Source: an uncultured Haloferula sp. (GTDB taxonomy: Bacteria > Verrucomicrobiota > Verrucomicrobiia > Verrucomicrobiales > Akkermansiaceae). From it: a stretch of DNA of 64,000 bases. The notes beneath the pieces are model-generated. The model was not told the origin of the DNA, did no database searches, and worked only from the letters and a program-made list of their open reading frames with translations. Shown one piece after another: positions 8,783-16,525 of the stretch; the stretch's first letter is position 1, and each line of letters begins with the position of its first letter. The translations under genes and the position numbers were made by a program. Where the stretch lies: the NCBI GenBank assembly GCA_965652295.1, contig CBFGTS010000008.1, forward strand, positions 32,001-96,000, read 5' to 3'.

Positions 8783-11716
8783 ATGCACCCGTTGAAACTT
8801 CGTAAATCCTTGCTCTTATTCGTCTCCCTGCTGTCCGTGGGCTTCTCCTTGCCGGCGTTTTCGGCACCCGCCTACGGGGTGGACCGGGCCGGTCTCCAGA
8901 AGCTCGAATCCGCGCCGGCACCACAGAACGGCTTCACCTACACCCGGCTCCAGCACGGGGTGCAGCTCCGCGTCGGGGATCAGGTGAAAAACGTCATGTT
9001 CTATGGGCCGGGTATCGTCCGGGTGAACACGACATTGGGCGAGGTCCACACCGAGCAGCCCAGCATCACCGTGGTGGCGAAGCCGCCGGTTCCGAAGTTC
9101 GACGTCGAGGAGGCGGAGGGCTCCTTGCGGATCGTCTCGCCGGAACTCGTCGTGGTGGTGGAAAAAACGTCCGGCGCGCTGTCGTTCCTCCGCCCGGACG
9201 GGACGGTCATCAGCCGCGAAAATGCCGGCAGACCGGTGACTCTCGAGGAAGTCGAAATTGCCGGCGAGCCGACATACGAGGTGCGGCAGACGTTCACGCT
9301 GGACGATGGTGAATCGCTCTACGGCCTCGGCCAGTACAACGACCCCTACATGGACTATCGCGGTCAAAAGGTCCTGCTAGTACAGACGAATATTGGCATC
9401 GTGGTGCCGTTCCTCATTTCGACAAACCGCTATGGCATCATGTGGGACGTGTGTTCGAAAACGGTTTTCGAGGATAGCGAAAGCGGTGCGTCCTGGTGGT
9501 CGGAGAGCGCGCCGGCCGGTGCGGATTACTATTTCATTGCAGGCGACGATATGGACGGGGTGATCGAGGGATACCGACACCTTACCGGGGCGGCACCCAT
9601 GTTCCCGAAAGCGGCCTTCGGTCTTTTCATGAGCAAGGAGCGCTATCCGACGCAGGACCGGCTGGTCGAAGTGGTGGAGAACTTCCGGCGCGACGGGTTC
9701 CCCCTCGATTACATCGTGCAGGACTGGCAGTACTGGGGTGGCGGCACCTGGGGTGGGGAATGGGATGGAAAATGGAGCGGCATGGTGTGGGACGAGGAAC
9801 GCTTTCCGGACCCGGCGGCGGCCATCGAGAAGCTCCACGAGGACCTTCACGTGAAGGTGATGATCTCCATCTGGCCGTCCGTCGGAAATGACACCGAGCT
9901 GGCCCGGGATCTCGATGCCAAGGGGCTCCGTTTCGAGCCGCTTCACTGGATCTCGAAAAAAGCGCGAATCTACGATGCCTTTAGTGAAGAAGGTCGGCGC
10001 ATCTACTTCGATCACATCAAGCGCGGCCTCCTGGACAAGGGGATCGACGCTCTTTGGATGGACGGCACGGAGGTCGAGGTCGGCTCCGCCTGCCACGATC
10101 CGGCGAAGGTGGAGGCCGACATCAAGAGCCTCGGCGACAATGCGATGGGCGACTTCACCCGCTACCTGAACTGCTACACGCTCCTCACCACCAAGGGCAC
10201 CTACGAGGGCCAACGTAGCCTCGGCGACAAGCGGGTGCTCACCCTCACCCGTTCCGCCTGGGCGGGGCAGCAGCGCTATGCGGCCTTGTCGTGGTCGGGC
10301 GACACCAGGGCCAATTGGGAGACCCTGCGCCAGCAGATCTCCGGCGGGCTGAATGTCTGCATGGCGGGTCAGCCCTACTGGACGCAGGATGTCGGGGGGT
10401 TCTTTGCTCCGGGCAACGGGCATCAGGATCCGGCCTATCTCGAACTGTTTGCCCGCTGGAATCAATTCGGGATCTTTAATCCCGTGTATCGCATTCACGG
10501 CACCGGTCCGGAGCGGGAGCCCTATCGCTTTCGCAAGAGCGATCCGGAGATCTACCAATCGCTTCTCAAGGCGGTCCATCTTCGGTACCGCCTTTTGCCT
10601 TATCTTTACAGCCTCGGTTGGGCGAGCACGGCGGAGGGATATACGATGATGCGTGCCCTGCCGATGGACTTTCCGGATCAGACGGCGCTGCGGAAGATCG
10701 ACGATCAGTTCATGTTCGGGCCGGCCTTTCTGGTCCACCCCGTCACCCGGGCGATGCACCGGGTCGGCGCGCCTCCGCCGCCCACCATCCCCGCCGAATT
10801 CCTGATGACGCCTGAAGGTCGTCCGGGCCTGGCGGCCGAGTATTTCCATGGCCGGGATTTCAATCGTTCCGCAGGCAAGCGGGTGGAGGAGAAGCTGGAG
10901 CACACCTGGCCTGGTCCGCCGTTGGAAGATTGGCCGGTGGATCTCGCTGGCGGGAATGAGTTTTCCGGTCGCTGGGAGGGAAGCCTGGTGGCACCCGAAT
11001 CCGGCACCTATGAAATCGGCGTCGAGGCGGACGATGGTTTCCGGCTGTGGCTTGATGGGAAAAAGGTCGTCGAAGACTGGAGGGATCGGGCGAAGCTCTA
11101 TCGTGGGGCGAAGGTCGATCTCCAGAAGGGGGAGAAGCTTCCGTTGAAAATTGAGTACTACCAAGGGGATCATGACCGCAGCCTGAGGCTGGCCTGGAAG
11201 ACGCCGTCCGAGTTGGCGAAGGGAGAGAACGGATCGGTCTACGAGATGGAAACTCTCCTCCCGGACGGATCGGATTGGTATGACTTCTGGACGAATGAAC
11301 GGCACGAGGGTGGGGGAATCGTCGCCCGTGAGGTGCCTTTGGACATTCTTCCTGTGTATGTCCGCGCCGGCTCGATCGTGCCCATGGGTCCTGTGATGCA
11401 GTGGGCGACCGAGAAGCCGGGCGCTCCTTATGAGATCCGGGTATATCCCGGTGCGGATGCGAGTTTCACCCTCTATGAGGACGACAACGAGACCTACGCT
11501 TACGAGAAGGGCGAAAGGGCCACCATAGAGATGGAATGGAACGATGTCGACCGGATCCTCACCATCGGGCAGAGGAAAGGTTCATTCCCTCAACTGGTGA
11601 AGAATCGCGAGTTCCGCATAGTCATTGCACGGCCGGAGCGGGGTGCTGACATCTCCGAAGCGAAGGCCGACCGGGTGGTGAACTACCGGGGCACGGAGAA
11701 GGTGGTGAGGTTCTGA
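8783..11716 (+). CDS. GH31 glycoside hydrolase (alpha-xylosidase-like) with inserted PA14 and C-terminal DUF5110-like domain
   Basis: YIVQDWQYW, nucleophile motif LWMDGTE, RSAWAGQQRY..WSGD, acid/base WTQDVGGF, HLRYRLLPYLYS, LPVYVRAGSIVP, FTLYEDD. PA14 motif EADDGFRLWLDGKKVVEDW. Signal peptide present. Confidence 0.92.
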   Translation: MHPLKLRKSLLLFVSLLSVGFSLPAFSAPAYGVDRAGLQKLESAPAPQNGFTYTRLQHGVQLRVGDQVKNVMFYGPGIVRVNTTLGEVHTEQPSITVVAKPPVPKFDVEEAEGSLRIVSPELVVVVEKTSGALSFLRPDGTVISRENAGRPVTLEEVEIAGEPTYEVRQTFTLDDGESLYGLGQYNDPYMDYRGQKVLLVQTNIGIVVPFLISTNRYGIMWDVCSKTVFEDSESGASWWSESAPAGADYYFIAGDDMDGVIEGYRHLTGAAPMFPKAAFGLFMSKERYPTQDRLVEVVENFRRDGFPLDYIVQDWQYWGGGTWGGEWDGKWSGMVWDEERFPDPAAAIEKLHEDLHVKVMISIWPSVGNDTELARDLDAKGLRFEPLHWISKKARIYDAFSEEGRRIYFDHIKRGLLDKGIDALWMDGTEVEVGSACHDPAKVEADIKSLGDNAMGDFTRYLNCYTLLTTKGTYEGQRSLGDKRVLTLTRSAWAGQQRYAALSWSGDTRANWETLRQQISGGLNVCMAGQPYWTQDVGGFFAPGNGHQDPAYLELFARWNQFGIFNPVYRIHGTGPEREPYRFRKSDPEIYQSLLKAVHLRYRLLPYLYSLGWASTAEGYTMMRALPMDFPDQTALRKIDDQFMFGPAFLVHPVTRAMHRVGAPPPPTIPAEFLMTPEGRPGLAAEYFHGRDFNRSAGKRVEEKLEHTWPGPPLEDWPVDLAGGNEFSGRWEGSLVAPESGTYEIGVEADDGFRLWLDGKKVVEDWRDRAKLYRGAKVDLQKGEKLPLKIEYYQGDHDRSLRLAWKTPSELAKGENGSVYEMETLLPDGSDWYDFWTNERHEGGGIVAREVPLDILPVYVRAGSIVPMGPVMQWATEKPGAPYEIRVYPGADASFTLYEDDNETYAYEKGERATIEMEWNDVDRILTIGQRKGSFPQLVKNREFRIVIARPERGADISEAKADRVVNYRGTEKVVRF

Positions 11717-11901
11717 CGGCGGTCGGAGATCAAAAGGATTCACGACGGGTGCGGCCTTCTTTCTGCAGCCTCGCCGGGGATCTCTGGTGGACTGGGTTTG
11801 AAGAATCGTTGCCTATGGAGGAAGGCGAGATTGACCTTTTCAGAAAGGCTCCGACAGGGTAACCGCTCGGACAGCGTGGGCTTCTCCCATGCGGTTCCCC
11901 G

Positions 11902-12441
11902 ATGTCTTCATCCCTCCAATCCGAAGGTCTGCTATCGCCCGATGGCATGGTGCCCGAGATCTATGACCATCTCCGCCGGATGGCGGCGGTATTGATGGCT
12001 CCCGCTTGGGCCGGGCAGACCTTGCAGCCCACGGCTCTGGTGCACGAGGCTTGGTTGAAGCTTTCCGGAGGTGGGAGCCTCGCTTGGGAGAATTCGTCCC
12101 ACTTTTGCGCCTCGGCGGCGGAGACCATGCGGCACATCCTGATCGACCGGGCGCGGGCGCGTTCACGCGTGAAGCGTTGGGGAACGCAGGAGCGTGTCCC
12201 GCTGACGGAGCTCGAGAGCGAAGCCGTTTCCGAGGACGAAAAGATCCTGCTGGTCAACGAGGCTCTGGAACGTCTGGCCAAGCTGCATCCGGAGGCGGGA
12301 CGGGTGGTGCTGCTGAAGTTCTTCGGGGGGCTCTCTACTTCGGAGATCGGGCGCGAGACAGGGCTCTCCGAGCGGAGTGTGGAGCGGCATTGGAGCTATG
12401 CCCGGACCTGGCTTTTCCGGGAAATCCGGTCGCGGATTTAG
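11902..12441 (+). CDS. ECF RNA polymerase sigma factor, TIGR02999-like (kinase-associated type)
   Basis: IYDHLRRMA..QTLQPTALVHEAWLKL..HF..AAETMRHILIDRAR..KRWG; region 4 VVLLKFFGGLS..SERSVERHWSYARTWL. Confidence 0.92.
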   Translation: MSSSLQSEGLLSPDGMVPEIYDHLRRMAAVLMAPAWAGQTLQPTALVHEAWLKLSGGGSLAWENSSHFCASAAETMRHILIDRARARSRVKRWGTQERVPLTELESEAVSEDEKILLVNEALERLAKLHPEAGRVVLLKFFGGLSTSEIGRETGLSERSVERHWSYARTWLFREIRSRI

Positions 12442-12616
12442 CAGGATCTGGGGCCGCGAAAGCCCGTGAGGTGCGGAGAAAATCCGGTTTTCCGGGATCG
12501 GCGGAATTTTTTTGGCGGATTCGGTGGGCGGTCGTCGTGTCAGGGGTAGGGAGCCGCCGTTTCTGCGGTCGAAGGCTCCTTGGTATCAACAAGCGACCCA
12601 CAATCAGCACCAAATC

Positions 12617-13564
12617 ATGAAAACCCCCGTCTATCTGTTGGCCCTCGGCCTCCTGCCATGCTCCGCCCTCCAAGGGGCTCTGATCGTCCAGACCCAGCAG
12701 GATCCCAGCAACTCCCAGCTATGGAACAACTCCGTCGTCTGGGGCGGAAACGCCGTGACCGCTGGAAACACCTATCAAACCGCCCTGACAGGCACGAGTC
12801 CCAACCCGGGAGGGACGAGTTTCACGGTCAACGGGACGGTGTGGAACATCCGCAACAACATCCGCGACACCGCAGGGGGCGCGCCGGCCAGCACCACTTT
12901 CGCGGGCGATCAGCTCGTCCTTTCGGCAGATACCCGCTTGTTGATGAAAGGGCGGTTCGATGTGACGAGCACCGCCAATATTCTGATGGAGGACGACAGC
13001 CACATCATTCTCGCTCCAGATGGGAACGGGGTGGCGAATCTGGCGGGAAACCTCACGGTTGCCGATAGCGCGCTCACCGCGATCGGAGTTCAGCCGAACG
13101 GAGGAAACACGTTGAACGTCACCTCCACGATTGCGGGCGGGGCGGGCAGTACCCTGCAGCTTGTGCTGCACGGAGGATCCACCAATCAGCTGAACGTTGA
13201 AGGCGATTACAGCGGCTTTGCTGGGACCTTCTATCTGGCAACGAGCACGTCGCCCACCGGTGCGGGTAGCTCCTTCAGCTTCGGTCCCGGCACGGCACCA
13301 TTGGCGACCTTCCATCTCACCACGAACCCGAATTTCACCTTCGATCTGGATAGTGACATTGCTTTCGGATCGGTGATTTTGGGAGAAAGCACGGTGCTTG
13401 CACCCGGAACCTACGACTACGATGCCTTGAGCGGTCTCGGCTTTGGAAGCGCGTTCATCTCCAATGGTGGTTCGATCACTGTGGTCCCCGAGCCTTCCAT
13501 CGCGGCCCTCGGAGGAGCTGGCATGCTGTGTTTGCTCCGGTCCCGCCGCCGGGGAAGCAAATAA
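12617..13564 (+). CDS. PEP-CTERM protein
   Basis: ATG 12617 gives signal peptide MKTPVYLLALGLLPCSALQG. C-terminus VVPEPSIAALGGAGMLCLLRSRRR. Confidence 0.9.
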   Translation: MKTPVYLLALGLLPCSALQGALIVQTQQDPSNSQLWNNSVVWGGNAVTAGNTYQTALTGTSPNPGGTSFTVNGTVWNIRNNIRDTAGGAPASTTFAGDQLVLSADTRLLMKGRFDVTSTANILMEDDSHIILAPDGNGVANLAGNLTVADSALTAIGVQPNGGNTLNVTSTIAGGAGSTLQLVLHGGSTNQLNVEGDYSGFAGTFYLATSTSPTGAGSSFSFGPGTAPLATFHLTTNPNFTFDLDSDIAFGSVILGESTVLAPGTYDYDALSGLGFGSAFISNGGSITVVPEPSIAALGGAGMLCLLRSRRRGSK

Positions 13565-13580
13565 TCGCGGACCCAAACCC

Positions 13581-13641
13581 GCAGCACCCCGGATCAGCCT
13601 GCCTTGGTGCGGGTTCCTGATCGGAGGGGTGCTGCTCTTTT
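13581..13641 (+). terminator. Long hairpin after PEP-CTERM gene
   Basis: gcagcacccc..gatcag / ctgatc..ggggtgctgc, followed by tctttt. Confidence 0.6.
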
Positions 13642-13663
13642 CTCCAATCTGAGGACAACGCCA

Positions 13664-16351
13664 ATGAACTCAACATCTGGGTCGCCATATCTTTCGCGCA
13701 AACAGCCGCGCCACTCTTTCTTTAGGGAAAGGGTGGGTCAAAGATGCTTCGCTCTGCTGTGGGGGGGCGCCCTTGCCGCGGCACTGCCGGCGGCGGATGT
13801 CAGCCTGACCGCGGAAGACCCTTTTGGAACTTCGTCCTTCAACTCCGCGGGGAACTGGAGCAACGGTCTGGCACCGGAGGCGGGCAACAGTTACTTCACG
13901 GCGAATCTGACGCTGAGGACACCTCCTACGGCAGGCAGCTTTACGTTTGCGGGGGATTCGGTATCGGTGGATGCCGGTGGACGGCTGCTTGGCAAGGGAG
14001 GCGGTTCCAGTACCACCCAGACCATCATTGTACCCGATCTCATTCTCAATGGAGGCACGCTCGATCAGGCGGGTAGCATGGCCACGACCGGTGCCGTGCT
14101 CATCGTCGGAGGAAACATCACGGTACAGGCACCGTCGTTCATCGGCGCGATCGGCGCGAATCTCAACAATTCGCCCAACTTCGAGGTGCTGGAAATCACC
14201 GCCAACCTTTCCGGCACGGAACCTCTGACGATCGCCGGCACCTCCAACTTGTCCCAGAATCGCGGAGTGGTGAGGCTGAGCGCTGCCAACAGCTTCAGCG
14301 GAACGATCGATGTCGTGGATCCGGGCTTCATTGCGAGTGCCACGCATCGTCTGCTCCAACTCAACCATCTGGATGCCCTGAGGTTCGCCGATCTCGGATT
14401 GTACGCCAGCCAGCCGAATCCCCTGTCCTTTGCGGTTTCCGCCAACACTGGAACATTCCGGGTGGGTGCGCTCGCAGGCTCAGCGGGCCAGGCTCTCAAC
14501 GATACCTCCAATCAACCCGTGACTCTTGAAGTGGGCGGGACGGGTCTGAGCAGTATCTATTCCGGCTCCCTGAGGGGGAGCGGAAACCTGATCAAGGCAG
14601 GAACTGGCGACCTGACTCTCCAAGGAGCCAACACCTTCAGCGGCGATCTCACGGTGGAAGGGGGGAGCCTCACGTTGGATTTCGACGCTGGTCTGAACCC
14701 GGGGACGACCGTCTCCGTGGCCGAGGGCGCGACGCTCGAACTTTCCAACGACGACGCCATCGTGGTGGAGGGCCTGGTCCTCGGAGGCGTGATTCAACCC
14801 GCCGGGACCTACGACTCCGGCACTCCCGGCGGTTACCTGACCGGGCCGGGTGAGATCGTAGTGAGCACCGGCGACCCAGTTCCGCAGAACATTTCGATGA
14901 CCGCGGACGACACCTTCGGAGTTTCCTCCTTCAGCTCCGCGGGTCAGTGGAGCAATGGCCAGGCACCCTCGGGGCTGAACGACTACTTCACCGACGGGTT
15001 TCTGCTTCGCACGCCGAATTCAGCAGGAGATTTCGTCTTCGCGGGAGCATCCCTTTCCGTGGATGCAGGAAGCAGGCTGTTGGGAAAAGGTGCCGGTGTC
15101 GCCGACTCGCTGCAGACGATCACCGTGGATGATTTGATTCTGAACGGCGGTAGCCTCGAACAGGCGGGGACTCCGAACCCCGGTGTCGTCCTCACCGTGC
15201 AAGGTGCGATCACGGTGCAGGAGAGTTCCGTGTTGGGCGCTCTGGGAGGGCCTGAGGAAAACACCCTCAACTTCGAGACTCTCGACATAGCGGCTACCCT
15301 TTCCGGCTCCGCGGCTTTGCAGGTGGCGGGATCTGCCAACGCTTCGGCGAACCGCGGGGTGGTGAGGTTGAGCTCCGCCAACGACTATTCGGGCACCATC
15401 TCGGTTCTTCAGCCCACGGGCATCACCAGTGCCACCCACCGTCTCCTCCAACTCAACCATCTCGATGCGCTTCAGGCGGCGACGCTCTTCCTGTCGACCA
15501 CCTCACCGAACGGCCTTTCCTTCGCAGCCGGGGCCAACACCGGGGCTTTCCGGGTCGGGAGTTTGTCGGGAACAGCGAGCCAAACGCTGGCCGACACGGC
15601 AGGAGCTGCGGTCACTCTGGATGTGGGCGGGAACAACGAGGAGCTCGGCTTCTTTGACGGAGTCCTCGAGGGCCCCGGAACCTTGCGGAAATCGGGCACA
15701 GGCACCTGGGTGTATTCGGATGAGCGGCTCGGGGTGGCCACCGTTGAAGTGCTTGAAGGCACGCTTGAACTCGAACAGCCCGCCTTGGCCGATGATTTGT
15801 CCATCTCGATCGCCTCAGGCGCCTCCTTGCACTTGGTTCATGACGCGACCGATGACGTTCGGACCCTGATCTTGAATGGCGTCGAGCAACCGGAGGGAAC
15901 CTACAACGCTGCCAACAGCGGTGGGCTGATCACCAGCACCGGCAGTGGTGCGATCCGTGTCGTGGCGGCAACCGGGTTCGACCTCTTCATGGACGATTTC
16001 CCCGGGTTGAGTGATGTCGATAAACATCCGGATGCCGATCCGGACGGCGACGGCATCGTCAATCTGCTGGAGTATGCCTTGCAAGGCTTGGATCCAACCC
16101 TCCCTGACAGCCTCCCGGGCTTGTCGGGAGATACCCTGGTCTTCACCAAACGTCCGGCGGCCGTAGCCGGCAACGACCTCAGCTATTCGATCGAGGAGTC
16201 CACCACCTTGGGCGTGGAGCCGGACCCGTGGGCTCCGGTGAGCCCTGACATCAACGACGGTACGTCCATCTCCTTCACTCTTCCATCTGGAGCCGCGCAA
16301 TATTTCGTAAGACTGCGGGTCTCTGCGGTGGCTGCTGGACTCACTCCCTGA
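13664..16351 (+). CDS. Secreted beta-strand-repeat (autotransporter-associated repeat) protein with internal duplication and C-terminal DPDGDG module
   Basis: LIKAGTGDLTLQGANTFSGDLTVEGGSL and LRKSGTGTW repeats. Two ~365-aa units, each containing SATHRLLQLNHLDAL. Start codon uncertain. Confidence 0.85.
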   Translation: MNSTSGSPYLSRKQPRHSFFRERVGQRCFALLWGGALAAALPAADVSLTAEDPFGTSSFNSAGNWSNGLAPEAGNSYFTANLTLRTPPTAGSFTFAGDSVSVDAGGRLLGKGGGSSTTQTIIVPDLILNGGTLDQAGSMATTGAVLIVGGNITVQAPSFIGAIGANLNNSPNFEVLEITANLSGTEPLTIAGTSNLSQNRGVVRLSAANSFSGTIDVVDPGFIASATHRLLQLNHLDALRFADLGLYASQPNPLSFAVSANTGTFRVGALAGSAGQALNDTSNQPVTLEVGGTGLSSIYSGSLRGSGNLIKAGTGDLTLQGANTFSGDLTVEGGSLTLDFDAGLNPGTTVSVAEGATLELSNDDAIVVEGLVLGGVIQPAGTYDSGTPGGYLTGPGEIVVSTGDPVPQNISMTADDTFGVSSFSSAGQWSNGQAPSGLNDYFTDGFLLRTPNSAGDFVFAGASLSVDAGSRLLGKGAGVADSLQTITVDDLILNGGSLEQAGTPNPGVVLTVQGAITVQESSVLGALGGPEENTLNFETLDIAATLSGSAALQVAGSANASANRGVVRLSSANDYSGTISVLQPTGITSATHRLLQLNHLDALQAATLFLSTTSPNGLSFAAGANTGAFRVGSLSGTASQTLADTAGAAVTLDVGGNNEELGFFDGVLEGPGTLRKSGTGTWVYSDERLGVATVEVLEGTLELEQPALADDLSISIASGASLHLVHDATDDVRTLILNGVEQPEGTYNAANSGGLITSTGSGAIRVVAATGFDLFMDDFPGLSDVDKHPDADPDGDGIVNLLEYALQGLDPTLPDSLPGLSGDTLVFTKRPAAVAGNDLSYSIEESTTLGVEPDPWAPVSPDINDGTSISFTLPSGAAQYFVRLRVSAVAAGLTP

Positions 16352-16404
16352 CTTTTGTTGCGTCGCGGGCATCTTCGCCCGGCCGAAGCGGCGCAGCATT
16401 TGAA

Positions 16405-16446
16405 GCCCCGGTTCTCTTTTTTTGGGTTTTGAAAGGGAACCGGGGC
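16405..16446 (+). terminator. Intergenic hairpin
   Basis: gccccggttctcttt / aaagggaaccggggc with T/G-rich loop. Confidence 0.5.
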
Positions 16447-16525
16447 ATTCCTGAGGGCGGAGCGGTGAGTCAGGCAACCGGAAGAGGCGCAGGGCATCCT
16501 CCTCCTTGTCCGAACGGTGGCAGGC

